Source of the DNA: Mytilus californianus
Taxonomy: Eukaryota
Reading direction: 5' to 3'
NCBI RefSeq assembly: GCF_021869535.1
Contig: NW_026262668.1
Span: forward strand, 36,022,001 to 36,086,000
Length of the DNA stretch: 64,000 nt
Below are positions 1 through 12,786 of the stretch, in pieces; position 1 is the stretch's first letter, and each line of letters starts with the position of its first letter. The notes beneath the pieces were generated by a model, which did not search any database, was not told the origin of the DNA, and saw nothing but the letters and a program-made list of their open reading frames with translations. A program made the position numbers and the translations under genes.

Positions 1-240
1 AGTAGGATTTCTACCGTGCTAAGTGACAAGGCAATAGTTAACAAGGAGACATGTCAACCTACTCGGACATATTACTTGAACTCCGAGCTTACCAATCATT
101 GCTCCTACTCCTATATGCAGCGCACAGGGCTGGAAAGAAAACAAAAACCGATTTTCAGATACTAGTACTTGGTTTGACCAAGCTTACGATCTATCCCATG
201 ACTCCCCCACTCTAAAGTCGAACACGCTACCACCAGACTA
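1..240 (-). mobile_element. tRNA-derived SINE, probably Meta-domain type, cut by the window edge
   Basis: Reverse complement reads GTGGTAGCGTGTTCGAC...GGTCAAACCAAG...GGAGTAGGAGCAATGATTGG...GTAATATGTCCGAGTAGGTTGACATGTCT, a tRNA-like head plus the body typical of bivalve SINEs. Domain name is from recall. Confidence 0.7.
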
Positions 241-945
241 CAGAAGGTCTAGACATTCGTGTAATGGATGCAAAGTGCACAATCTTGCTTCCAAAGACAG
301 CTACTCAAAACTGCTCCTTAAGAATCAATCACATTAAAATATATTATCGTAAAACCTTTCTTCAAAACATTCAAAAGTTTATAAAATGTAAGATAAGCGA
401 CAGCTTAGAAAGTAGCACTACATCGGTCACTACAAGTGATTTTATTATAAATATTCCTACAACTATATTTATGATATTTGAACATCGGTTACCTATTGTG
501 GACTTAAATCATGCGCCTGAATTTATCTGACTCAAAAATATGTTATGTGAAAATAAAATAAATAAAAACAGAAGAAAATAACAGAAACGACCCTGGTGAA
601 ACTATAGTACGAATTCATTGAAAAAAAATATCTTTGTAACTTTCTGAAGTAAAAGAAATTTCTTCATTTTACTTTTAATAACAATTGTAAAACAGGCAAA
701 AAAGATTATTAAAAAATAATATGATTATAACTTAGACAGTACATCACATGGAAAATTTTGAAATCATTGAGACCAAAATGCAGAGGATGATGTAGGAGAA
801 ATTTGTGAAATCATTACTAATGTTTTAAGAACCTTTTTAAAACCATGGTTCTAGCAATGAGTGAATAGTAATTATTGAAGAATTAAGAATAAATATAAAC
901 GATATAGAAGAAAAACTTATGTCGAAATGAGAGGACGTAATCCCT

Positions 946-1043
946 TATCAGTATCATCTGTACTATTATTTGTCTGTTTGTCTTTTTATTTTTGGCCATG
1001 GCGTTGTCAGTTTGTTTTCGATCTATGAGTTTGACTGTCCCTC
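946..1043 (+). mobile_element. 3' tip of Penelope-like element, repeat family B
   Basis: GCCATGGCGTTGTCAGTTT...TATGAGTTTGA.TGTCCC..TGGTATC.TTCG.CCCTCTTT recurs at about 9313, 23302, 30690, 48655 and 49070. Confidence 0.7.
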
Positions 1044-1360
1044 TGGTATCGTTCGTCCCTCTTTATTCACATGATTTGAAATTAAGCAACAATTTGAAAT
1101 CAATTTTAAACTTGTGTGTGTTCCTGTACGCTTGAAACAAGCTTTCATGATGGCAGTTCATAAAAAGTGATTAAAATACATCACTGAAGGGGCATAGCCT
1201 TGACTAACTCCATAACAACATTAAATTCAGGCAAACATTAAAGAATTTCAAACATATTTGAAGAGAAACTTAATAACTTTGAATTCGGGCTACTGATTGT
1301 CTTAGATGATTTCTTTTATAATAAGCATAAACATAAAAAATAAGCAAAATCAGTAATTAA

Positions 1361-1907
1361 GGTAGGTAAGGGGTCTAAAATAAAATCGATAATTTGTTTT
1401 AACAAATTGCCAGTTGTGGTTTATATCATGCTTTTTACGAAATATGATAAAAAGGATATGTAAGGTAGCTATGAATATTAGCAAGCTACAGGTTGTGCAA
1501 AATTGTCAGATTTTGTATAGTTTATGCACGAAAAACGGATTTTGTGTAATAGAAAGAAAACTAATAAAATTTTGAAATAAAATATTAGGAGATAAATCTT
1601 ATAATGTGCCTCAAGAAAAAAAAGGAAAATTGGGGTCACGGGTATCGTTCTCTTGCTACAAAAGATAAATCCCTACAAATTCCTTTATAAAATTAAGATA
1701 TTCTGAGTTATCGCACCTAAATTCCAAAGTTGAAAAAATCGATTTACAAAAATGTATACAAAAAAAGTTCTGTGTTACACTTTTTGATGAACATTATTAC
1801 AATTAAATTACATTCCTCTCTCAAAATTTGTAAATTTTATTTAAGAAGTAGATCGATTGTACTCTGCTATTTTATAAACTAATATGGCAGAAAACCCCGA
1901 CTCTACC
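1361..1907. mobile_element. Non-autonomous DNA transposon with TTAA target duplication (Kolobok-like)
   Basis: TTAA at 1357-1360 and 1908-1911; termini GGTAG...CTACC with further imperfect inverted match (GGGGT/ACCCC); no ORF. Confidence 0.6.
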
Positions 1908-2029
1908 TTAACGGAATGCTTCAGTGATCTAAGAAAGGGCATTTGACTCTTCCTTGAAAAAAAGCTCGTTGTAAACATTAATAACCATGGACATTGGGAA
2001 AAGTATATACTAGTAATCGGTTTGAAATA

Positions 2030-2385
2030 AATATAAGGAGATGTGGTACAAAATGTATGATTGCCAATTAGACAACTATCCATCAAAGACCAAAAGTCGA
2101 GATGTAAACAACAGCAAGGATATATAATAGTACTATGTTTAACAGAGGACACACCAAAACCGTAAAGTAAGATATAAAAGGTCCGGCATGTAAACAATTC
2201 AGAAGGGAAGACCAACGGCCTAATTGATGATAAACAAAATAAACGAAAACCAATTATGGCAAGACAACAACCGAAACCGTCACTAGATTACATGCTCCAG
2301 ACAATGGGAAAGGCACATAAAGAAAGTGGCGGAGCTAAACTAGTTTCTGAGTGCGCAACCCGTCCCCTTACATACGACAGTTGTG
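2030..2385 (-). mobile_element. Penelope-like 3' end with degenerate twister-like motif, inverted relative to the adjacent RT
   Basis: Minus strand 2380-2283 reads GGGGACGGG TTGCGCA...AAACTAGT TTAG CTCC GCC...GCCTTTCCCATTGTCTGG; same 3' terminus type as 3905-3950. Confidence 0.55.
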
Positions 2386-2427
2386 TGACAGCAAAACACA
2401 AAAACAAACTATAAAAATCAGTTTGAA

Positions 2428-3955
2428 AGAACTTGGCAGTTTTGACTTTTCAACTCTTTACCTTTCACTTCCACACAATCTTATCAAAAAAAAGTTTTCC
2501 TATTTAATTAAATGGTCGTTTGGTAAATCAGAATGGAAATATATTTGCTACAACTTAATTAAAACCTTTTCTCTAATGAGAAAGGTAAATATGCTAGATA
2601 TACTTACTGGAGGTGTGATAAGATTATAATTATGTACGTTTCGTCAATGAAGTTTATCGACAGGTTGAAGGTATTCCTATAGGCACCAATTGCGCCCCTT
2701 TAATAGCAGACTTGTTCCTGCACTGTTATGAATCATAGTTTATAACCAAACTCAGTAAAGACCCGTCTTAATTGCATTCAATTGATGAATTCAACAACAC
2801 TAATCGTTATCTTGATGATATTTTTTCGTTAAACAATCCAACATTTTCTAAATATACTGCCGAAATTTACCCGAAGGAACTTACTTTAAATAAATCAAAT
2901 ATAAACGGCAATAACTGTCTATTCCTAGATTTAGATATTTCAGTTTTACACGTGAAACTCTACACTAAAATTTACTGTTAATTTTCCTTTTTTGGACGGT
3001 GATGTTCCTTTGGAACCATCTTACGGTGTTTATATATCAGAACTCGTTCGCTGTTGTGGTGTTTTGGATTTCAATGAACGTAATCTATGTATTACTTGTA
3101 AATTATTAAGTAAGAATTTCGTTACCACAAATTACTTAAAATTTTTACTAAATTCTTCCATAGATATAAAGATTTGGTTTAGAAGTCTGGTTGTACGTGT
3201 AGAAGTCGTATCTCAAACGGTATAGCGCATCCTAATTTTTAAGGAGATGTTGTTTACCGAGCCCGGAATTTTAGATACAATCCGGGTAAACTTGTCGATC
3301 CTTTAAATAAACCTATTCTAAAAGGTTACCAATTCAACAATTAGATCCTTGAATATTATTTTTATTGGTATAAATATTGATTTTGTTATTTGTAAATTAA
3401 AATCAAACTAAATATTATTTCTATATACATATGTATATTCATTGCTCTACAATCTGTCGATACCTGTATCTTGGCATTGCACAAGGTCATTTTTTTTCAT
3501 TGACTGTTAATGGCGTCTTTATCTTAATCCATTGCATGTTGGATGTGTACTGATTGATATTTTAGTCTTAGATGCAATATTTTTTGTAGTACAGCAGTTG
3601 TTATTGGCTTTGAATTAGCTGTCAGTAACTGCAAGTACTCTCAGATCTGTACTTTTTGTTGTTTGGATGTATAAGAACCCTGCCACGTCCACTCTGTGTT
3701 TTCGTTAGATGTATTTCTGCTTTGTATCCATCTGATGAGTCAAGCCCTTTTCAACTAAATTTTATAGTTTGTTCTCATGTTGTTCTGTTACACCACTGTC
3801 CCAGGTTAGGGGGAGTGTTGGCGCCTTCAAACTGTTTTAACCCCGGCACATTGTATATGTTCCTGTTTTGACCTATAGTTGTAAGTTCCTGTTTCATTTG
3901 GTCTCTTGTGGAGAGTTGTTTCATTGGCAATTATACCAGATCTTCTTATTTTTAT
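2428..3955 (+). pseudogene. Decayed Penelope-like retroelement: RT remnant plus 3' UTR/pseudo-LTR
   Basis: Interrupted frames give SFDFSTLYLSLPH, YRQVEGIPIGTNCAPLIADLFLHCYE, RYLDDIFSLNN, IYPKELTLNK, FLDLDI, DGDVPLEPSYGVYISELVR. Stops and frameshifts; coding ends near 3410 with no endonuclease after it. Confidence 0.9.
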
Positions 3956-4687
3956 ATTGACTCATCAGATTGGTACGAATCATAAGAACATTGAAAGAGA
4001 GACACACAATACCGACCAATTAGTACTCCCAGTAACTTAAAACTAGTTCAAAGCCTTATTTTAACTGTCTACCGTAATTTATCAAACATGAATAAACAAA
4101 TACTAGTTTAGAATCACAAATTACAGATTTATAAAATGCAAAAGTTTATATTTAGTTATGTCGTAGTTATTATTTTAAAACGTTATATGAGAATAGAATG
4201 CGTGATTTGAATAAAAGGTATAGAACCCCTAATTCGGGCCCGGTCGGAAGGAACATACAAGAAAGTAGTACATATTTTAAACAAAATAGTTCCTATGCAT
4301 AGCTGTATCTTTGTCAATAGGTGCAATATTTGGGTAATTTTGGTATCAAATGAAAGCTTGGGGACTTGGGTTTACTGTAGAACTCTTGTTGAAAGATTCT
4401 TTTGAATAATAAAAAAAGTATATACAATTTTAATAGGAGGACATTTGCCCTGTTGTTCAGACCAGAAGTACTTTTTTTTTGTACTATATAACTTCCGGAA
4501 ACCAGTACGCTCTAATATGCAATTAAAAGTATGTTGAATTTTTCAACACAAGTCAGAATAGGGTATAGTTTTGACCTGATATGACTGCCACTTTATTTGA
4601 ACTTAAAACAAAGTAGCCATTAATGCTTGAAATTGCATAATTAACATAGAAAGAAATGGTGCTATGAATTAGTGGTTTTATACCTAT

Positions 4688-7630
4688 TACTGAAAGGCAT
4701 GTGAAATTCAAATTTTAGAAATCATACCCATTACTATGAAAATTGGTAACATTTGTTGTTAGTAATCATGTTACGTTAATTTTTGTTATGTCACAATTAT
4801 GCTGGTGTCAAGTTACAGACCTAAAATTGCTACAATAGGACAATTTAGCCTTTTTTGGTCATTTGGCATGCAGACAGTTACGATTTTACCTCAAGTTTAA
4901 ATTTTTGCAATATATAGGACTGAAACCAATGAAACATTATTATTATGACTGGTTTAGAGTATAAATATAGCTTTTGGTCAAATTATCTAATAAGTGTATA
5001 TTTTTTATTGGGTTTCTTAGTGTATCCTTTATTTAAAAGGAAATTGATGTATACTTATAAAGGAATTCCAAAATCTCACTTGAAATGCAATATTTAACCA
5101 GTTTAGCAAGTTGTCTAGGTGGGAGATACATGAATTGCTCTTGTTGACTTTTTTTACATTAAATTATGGTTTTTATCAAATCACTCTCCTTTTTCACATA
5201 GAAAAAAGGGGGACAAAATTATCTACTATATTTAATGTTTGGACCACTATAATTATATTCCAGGAACAACCTCTGATAAAAATAAGACATATATGTAAGC
5301 ACTTTGGTATTTCAGTAGGTATTAACAAAAAAGAACTAGTAAACATTGAAAAAAGTCTCATATCTGTCACTTTTAGTATCCATATGATGTTGTCTTAGTA
5401 AAACGCATATGTTACTACCAGTCCAATTTGAGCTTGAATTCAGTGATATAGTTTTTTGAAAAAAGCTTTATGTGTTTTTCTATGTTAGAAATAGACCATA
5501 GAATGAAATTAAGTAAAGCAAAAGTCAGTATAACAAGTTTTGTGCTGTTATACTGAAAGGCATGTGAAATTCAAATTTTAGAAATCATACCCATTACTAT
5601 GAAAATTGGTAACATTTGTTGTTAGAAATCATGTAACATTTTTTTTTATGTCTTAATTATGCTGGTGTCAAGTTACAGACCTCAAATTGCTACAATAGGA
5701 CAATTTAGCCTTTTTTGGTCATTTGGCATGCAGACAGTTAAGATTTTACCTCAAGTTTAAATTTTTGCAATATATAGGACTGAAATCAATGAACCATGAA
5801 TATTATGACTGGTTTAGAGTATAGATATAGCTTTTGGTCAAATTATCTAATGAGTGTTTATGTTTTATTGGGTTTCTTAGTGTATCCTTTATTTGAAAGG
5901 AAATTGATGTATACTTATCTAGGAATTCCAAAATCTCACTTGAAATGCAATATTTAACCAGTTTAGTAAGTTGTCTAGCTGGGAGATACATGAATTGCTC
6001 TTGTTGACTCAAATTTTTACATTAAAGTATGGTTTTTACCAAATCACTCTCCTTTTTCAACATGTAGAAAAAAGGGGGGGGGGGACAAAATTATCAATTA
6101 TATTTAATGTTTGGACCACTATAATTATATTCCAGGAACAACCTCTGATTAAAATAAGACATATAAGTAAGCATTTTGGTATTTGAGTAGATATTAACAA
6201 ACAAGAACTGGTAAACATTGAAAAAGTCTCATATCTGTCACTTTAAGTATCCATATGGTGTTTTCTTAATATAACGCATATGTTACTACCAGTCCAATTT
6301 GAGCTTGAATTCAGTGATATAGTTTTTTGAAAAAAAGCTTTATGTGTTTTTCTATGTTAGAAATAGACCATAGAATGAAATTAAGTAAAGCAGAAGTCAA
6401 TATAACAAGTTTGGTGCTGTTTTACTGAAAGGCATGTGAAATTCAAATTTTAGAAATCATACCCATTACTATGAAAATTGGTCACATTTGTTGTTAGTAA
6501 TCATGTTACATTACTTTTTTTATGTCACAATTATGCTGGTCTCAAGTTACAGCCCTAAAATTGCTATAATAGGACAATTTAGCCTTTTTTTGGTCATTTG
6601 GCATGCAGACAGTTAATATTTTACCTCAAGTTTAAATTTTTGCAATATATAGGACTGAAATCAATGAACCATGAATATTATGACTGGTTTAGAGTATAGA
6701 TATAGCTTTTGGTCAAATTATCTAATGAGTGTTTATGTTTTATTGGGTTTCTTAGTGTATCCTTTATTTGAAAGGAAATTGATGTATACTTATCTAGGAA
6801 TTCCAAAATCTCACTTGAAATGCAATATTTAACCAGTTTAGTAAGTTGTCTAGCTGGGAGATACATGAATTGCTCTTGTTGACTCAAATTTTTACATTAA
6901 AGTATGGTTTTTACCAAATCACTCTCCTTTTTCAACATGTAGAAAAAAGGGGGGGACAAAATTATCAATTATATTTAATGTTTGGACCACTATAATTATA
7001 TTCCAGGAACAACCTCTGATTAAAATAAGACATATAAGTAAGCATTTTGGTATTTGAGTAGATATTAACAAACAAGAACTGGTAAACATTGAAAAAGTCT
7101 CATATCTGTCACTTTAAGTATCCATATGGTGTTTTCTTAATATAACGCATATGTTACTACCAGTCCAATTTGAGCTTGAATTCAGTGATATAGTTTTTTG
7201 AAAAAAAGCTTTATGTGTTTTTCTATGTTAGAAATAGACCATAGAATGAAATTAAGTAAAGCAGAAGTCAATATAACAAGTTTGGTGCTGTTTTACTGAA
7301 AGGCATGTGAAATTCAAATTTTAGAAATCATACCCATTACTATGAAAATTGGTCACATTTGTTGTTAGTAATCATGTTACATTACTTTTTTTATGTCACA
7401 ATTATGCTGGTCTCAAGTTACAGCCCTAAAATTGCTATAATAGGACAATTTAGCCTTTTTTTGGTCATTTGGCATGCAGACAGTTAATATTTTACCTCAA
7501 GTTTATTTTTTTGCAATATATAGGACTAAAACCAATGAAACATTATTATTATGACTGGTTTAAAGTATAAATATAACTTTTGGTCAAATTATGTAATGAG
7601 TGTTTATGTTTTATTGGGGTTTCTTAGTGT
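4688..7630. repeat. Tandem array, ~870-bp unit, about 3.4 copies
   Basis: TACTGAAAGGCATGTGAAATTCAAAT starts at 4688, 5551, 6423 and 7294; identical ORF-track peptides at 5803 and 6678. Confidence 0.95.
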
Positions 7631-7989
7631 AGTTAGCTCAACTTGTGGAAAATTTTTTTCACTTTAGCAAATAAAGAGCTGTGAAGCCACTTAACGTAAA
7701 TGAACGTGTTACTCGGGCATCGGTTGACACATTTTATTTTGTAGAAAATATATACATTGTAATGTGTAAAGTATGTAGATATCAATTATATAGGTTCTAA
7801 AATATTTTCTTTGGTAGCATTTTTAGTTTGTAACTTACCGATGAAGGTTATTCAAAATCACTTGTTGCACTCATGAAATTCATATCATTTGCTTTTAATT
7901 TTGCTTTGAAAAAATAATTAAAAAAAAAAAGAAATAAATTCTGACTCGACTGAACGTCGATTAAAGTATGTAATCATTTGTCAACTTTG

Positions 7990-8255
7990 AAGGTCTCATC
8001 ATCCCAGTAACCAGTACTTTGGTATTGAAATGAATACAAATTTGCTGATATAAATTTCGAAATAATTTTAAGTTTGGGAATGTATCTCCCTCATGCTTCG
8101 CACTGCTTCCTTGTCTAGGTTTTGCTTTACCTTTGGTCCTTTTTGGTTTTATCCGCTCTTCAACAACGTTTGTATTAAGATTTGATTTTCAAATATGTTG
8201 ACCTTGAGCATCATTGACAAGACATAAATTATCAAAATGCGCAACTGATGCAGTT
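7990..8255 (+). mobile_element. Degenerate hammerhead retrozyme-like monomer
   Basis: Similar to 17640-18567 and 50985-51250. Stem I GCATCA/TGATGC is kept at about 8207-8251, but the core has decayed (TTGACAA, no GAAA). Confidence 0.55.
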
Positions 8256-8738
8256 AAATTAATTTATTTGACTAAAATTATGTGTTGTAGGCGACAGTAA
8301 ATGAGTATGGTAACGGCAAAATACCCCTCTTTTCATTTACAAATATTTTGACAATGAAAAACAATTACTAGTAGACGAAGATAGACAACACTAGCACTAC
8401 CATAAGAAAAGACAAAAAATTAAAAGAATTTACACATAGAATTTAAAAATTAAGCAACACGCACATCCCACCCCTTTTTCAGAGAAAAAACAACTATGTG
8501 AACATAGGTGCTTAACCTAAAGCTGAGACAACAAAGAAATTATAAACCATTGTACTGTGTGAATTCTTCAACCCTTGCTCATGATCGAATTTTACATTTA
8601 AAAAAATGTCGAATGTACGTTTTTTGGGTGTAAATCAATAGACTTCACTGTATCTTTGGTATACTTCATTTTCAGGGAAAGGACATAACTCATTTAGTAA
8701 AACATGAAGTTAAAAGTTTATGCTGGCTCCTTTTTGTG

Positions 8739-9150
8739 TTTTAGTCCCCTACCGACGAAGTCAAAGGAGACTTTAGGTTTGCACCGTCTGTCTGTCTGTC
8801 TGTCTGTCCATCCGTCAATCCGGCAAATCATTTTTCCACACATTTTTCTTTATGCTTGAAGATATTGATTTGATATTTGATGTATGTTTTTATCATGACA
8901 AGTTACAGATCAAGTTCGAATTTTGTTCCGGTCTGATGATTTTGTGCAGAGTTATGGTCCTTTGACAGAAAATTCACTCAAATAATCAGTTTTTTTTCGT
9001 CATGCTTGAAGATATTGATTTGATATTTGTTCTTAAGTTTACACCATGACAAGTTATAGATCAAGTTAGAATTTTGTTCCAATACAATGAATTTTTAAGC
9101 GGTAGGGGACTATGTATTGCCATGCAATACTCACAGAATGCTTGTTTTTT
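8739..9150 (+). mobile_element. Helentron-derived non-autonomous element (HINE/pearl/DINE-1-like)
   Basis: Perfect 12-bp subterminal inverted repeat AGTCCCCTACCG (8743-8754)/CGGTAGGGGACT (9100-9111), (GTCT)n microsatellite, internal tandem units, 3' hairpin GTATTGC-CAT-GCAATAC (9114-9130), T-rich ends. Confidence 0.85.
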
Positions 9151-9285
9151 TTGTTGAAAATCTCCTGTATGAAGTCTGTCTAACAAGATAAAGGGAACAG
9201 ATCGGCAAGAAATAGAGCATGGCACAGTTGTTTTCATGGGAATCCCAATTGTCTCTTGAAAACACGTTCCCAAAACGTAACAAAG
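9150..9285 (-). pseudogene. Penelope-like RT fragment (second lineage)
   Basis: Frameshifted FQETIGIPM-TNCA-LLADLFLY motif on the minus strand. Confidence 0.75.
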
Positions 9286-9312
9286 ATGTCAATAAAACAA
9301 ATTACTGTCATG

Positions 9313-9640
9313 AAAAAGAGAGGCGAAAGATACTTAAGGGATAATCAAACTCTTAAGTCCAAAATAAACTGACAACGCAATGACAAAAAGGATAAAGACC
9401 AAAAAACAAACAGCAATATACAAAACACACTAAGGAAAACTAAAGACCGAGCAACATGAAACCTACCAAAAACAGCGGGTGATCTCAAGTGCTCCTAAAG
9501 GGTAAGCATATCCTGCTTCACATGTGGCACCCGTCGTGTTGCTAATGCAAGTACAAACCCGATGATAAGTCTCATTCGGTAGGTCACATTCGGAAAAAAG
9601 GAGGACGGGATTGTTGTTATGACAATTGGAACATACCTGA
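9313..9640 (-). mobile_element. Penelope-like 3' end, repeat family B
   Basis: Contains GGGTGCCACATGTG.AGCAGGAT.TGCTTACCCTT..GGAGCAC.TGAGATCACCC core and the family B terminus; lies next to the RT fragment. Confidence 0.8.
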
Positions 9641-11160
9641 ACGGAAAAAGCATTATCTGTATGTTCATATGTACTTTATGCTAAATCCTTTTTTTAAATG
9701 TTTTGATGGGTTTTTTCAAAAGGAATTCAAACACGTCAAAACTTAGCAATAACATTTCCCCCAAAAATACATGTACGACATGAATTCATCACCTGACGGC
9801 TTATTATCAACTCTGCACACGAACAATTTTAAGGCTAGTAATTTCTCCAAAAGTCGACAAAATAAACATTTTACAATCATTAAAGCGGATTGAGAATTTA
9901 CGATAATTAGGTATTTATTGGTTTACTTCAAATGTACATTTGTAAATATTTCAAATCTATTTTTCTGTGAAAGAGAGAATTTACTGGCATATTCATTCAC
10001 AAGGGGAGAGATATAAATTGGCAATCGTAAACACAAAATGACGACAACAGGGCAATTAGAAACTGTATGTGTCAGTAGATTCTTTCAGTTTTTGTTTGTT
10101 AAATTGATTTTTCTTCTTAATCGATTTATGAGATTTGAACATCGATAAACTACTGTTGCCTAAATCTATGTACCAAAATCTGATCAATATCTACGAGGCT
10201 CCACAAGTTGCACCAACCAGGATGCACATTGCAAGTGAAAATACGATTATGGGCGACATTTGGTGATGGCCACAATCTGGAATAATATGACACTGAGTAC
10301 CATAAGGGAAAACAAGATCATGAACAAATTCGAATCGAATGCAAGTTGTTTTATACTTATTAAATGATTGATTGTTTTTTTTGACAAAAAGATCTGTGTT
10401 TATACAATCCACTATTTCAATAAAGTAGATGTGAGTTCACTTCCTCTGGGGCATGACTTTTCTTCATGACAGACTTAAGTAAACTGAAAACAAATCCACC
10501 TACTATATGATTCCCCACTAATAAAGTATCAAATCCACAAAATAAAATATACACGAAAATACATGTTTTTCTCCATCCACGAAAATTGGTATTCACAAAA
10601 ATAAGTTAATCTAATGTATGTATTGTTTTATAACCATTGTGTAACATTTCGATTGATCTTCTACTTCATAGTGTGTTATTATTGCCTATTATAGATTTCC
10701 GTGAGCTTCTTGCAAAAGTGTGATATGAATTTAAATAACAGCTGCAAAATAAAATAAACATCTAAATGTCACTTCAACATGCCTTATACAGTAATGAATC
10801 TTTTCCAAAATCTTCAAGTTTCACATGTTTTGACATTTTACTCAAGTCAAACGTGTTTGTTTTAACTTTTGTTTACGACCTCTTACATGCATGTTACATG
10901 ACAAATCATATAAACCTAAAAGAGATGGTATTCCTCAAATAATAATGTTTTTAGAGAAAAAGCTATGGGGACATGATACCATAACTAAGTGATTGAAAAC
11001 AAGGAAAATATCTGGTCAAATCGAATTTTGAATTTTCAGTTTTAGTCAAAGTTCAAGGGAAATTTAATTAGGGGCATTAACAAATGGTTCGGGTATCATT
11101 GGTCTAAAAACGAAGGTTTAATCAATTGAAGGGAATAGTCCGTTTGAGGGACTAATTAAG

Positions 11161-12786
11161 CATAAAATTGAGAATGGAAATGGGGAATGTGTCAAAGAGA
11201 CAACAACCCGACCATAGAGCAGACAACAGCCGAAGGCCACCAATGGGTCTTCAATGCAGCGAGAAACTCCCGCACCCGGAGGCGTCCTTCAGCTGGCCCC
11301 TAAACATATATGTATACTAGTTCAGTGATAATGGACGTCATACTAAACTCCAAATTATACACAAGAAACTAAAATTAAAAATGATACAAGATTAACAAAG
11401 GCCAGAGGCTCCTGACTTGGGACAGGCGCAAAAACATGTTTTTTGAGATCTCAACCCTCCCCCTATACCTCTAGCCAATGTAGAAAAAACAAACGTACAA
11501 CAGTACGCACAGTAAAACTCAGTTTAAGAGAAGTCCGAGTCCGATGTCAGAATATGAAACAAAAGAAAATAAACAAAATGACAATTATACATAAATAACA
11601 ACAGACTACTAGCAGTTACTGACATGCCAGCTCCAGACCTCAATTAAACTGATTGAAAGATTATGTCTTCATCATATGAATATCAGGCACAATCCCTCCT
11701 GTTAGGGGTTTAGTATTATACCGTCATAAAATATATGAGAAGAACACAACACGTGTCATGCCAACAACTGGTTTTAGAATAAATATGTTTAATTCCGATG
11801 CAAAGACCCTATAAGTGAATCAATATTAAAGCCAAAATATGCAATCTTTAATATCGTAACTATATCCCTTCTTAATAAGTCTGTTTAAAGGTTTTGTTAG
11901 CTTTTGAGGTGAATACTGGCATTTTTGTGCTTTGTAAAGAATATTACCATAAAAGATTGGATGTGAAATACCCGAACGTATAAGATGTCTGCATGTTGAG
12001 TTATATTTACGAATGATGTCCTTATACCGATGATAAAATTTAGTAAATGTTTTGACTAGTTTATGATATCGAAAACTCTGGTGTAATAATTTTTCAGTAA
12101 TATATAGGTTTCTCTCGCTAAAATCTAATACGTTGTTACATACAAGTGCGAATCGTACAAGTTGAGATATATAAACACCATAAGAAGGTGACAAGGGAAC
12201 GTCACCATCTAAAAATGGATAATTAACGATAGGAAATGAAAAATCATCTCTTTTATCATACATTTTTGTATTAAGCTTCCCGTTAATGATATAGATATCA
12301 AGATCGAGGAAAGGACAGTGGTCATTGTTAGTATTAGCTTTATTTAAAGTAAGTTCAACAGGATAAATTTCTTTAGTATACATACTGAAGTTGTCATTAT
12401 TGAGAGCCAATATATGATCCAAATATCTAAAAGTATTGTTGAATTTTTGTATCAGATGTTGTTTCGATGGGTCTTTGCTGATTTTAGTCATAAATTGTAA
12501 TTCATAACAATACAAAAACAGGTCCGCAATAAGTGGTGCACAGTTAGTCCCCATTGGAATTCCGATAACTTGAAGATATACGGAATCTCCAAAGCGAACA
12601 AAAATGTTATCAAGTAAAAATTCAAGGGCAGATATAGTATCAAAGCATGTCCAATTGACATAGCTCTTTTGTTTGTTGCTACTAAAAAATGACCTAAAAG
12701 AGTTTGAACATATGTATTCTCATTCCGACTTTTTAAATGCCCATCTAATTAGGTGTGTGAATTTTTTCTTAATAAGAATATGAGCA
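11161..12786 (-). mobile_element. 5'-truncated Penelope-like retroelement (RT plus 3' UTR/pseudo-LTR, family A)
   Basis: RT frame 12786-11826 followed by a 665-bp 3' region ending CATTCCCCATTTCCATTCTCAATTTTAT, which also occurs solo near 22055 and 59790. Confidence 0.92.
11826..12786 (-). pseudogene. Penelope-like reverse transcriptase, inactive
   Basis: One frame: HILIKKKFTHLIRWAFKKSE*EYICS...QVIGIPMGTNCAPLIADLFLYCYE...YLDH (catalytic DD changed to DH)...YDKRDDFSFPIVNYPFLDGDVP. One TGA at 12720-12722; stops after the thumb region. Confidence 0.92.

Noticed and set aside
3732-3760. CTGATGAG in the Penelope-like 3' UTR as a hammerhead core
   Set aside because: No GAAA follows a stem II in this copy or its homologs near 11670 and 25511.
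4688-7630. CRISPR-like or coding repeat
   Set aside because: Eukaryotic context, no short repeat-spacer pattern, and the ORFs are short AT-rich by-products of the unit.
10191-10262. Signal-peptide-like MSPIIVFSLAMCILVGATCG on the minus strand
   Set aside because: Followed by a stop, only a weak donor, and no downstream exons found.
12720-12722. In-frame TGA in the RT as a possible selenocysteine codon (some Naiad elements are reported to encode selenoproteins)
   Set aside because: The copy has other inactivating changes (YLDD to YLDH, a 3' deletion), the paralog near 2533 has TGG, and no SECIS could be drawn in the 3' UTR. A nonsense mutation is simpler; checking the family consensus would settle it.
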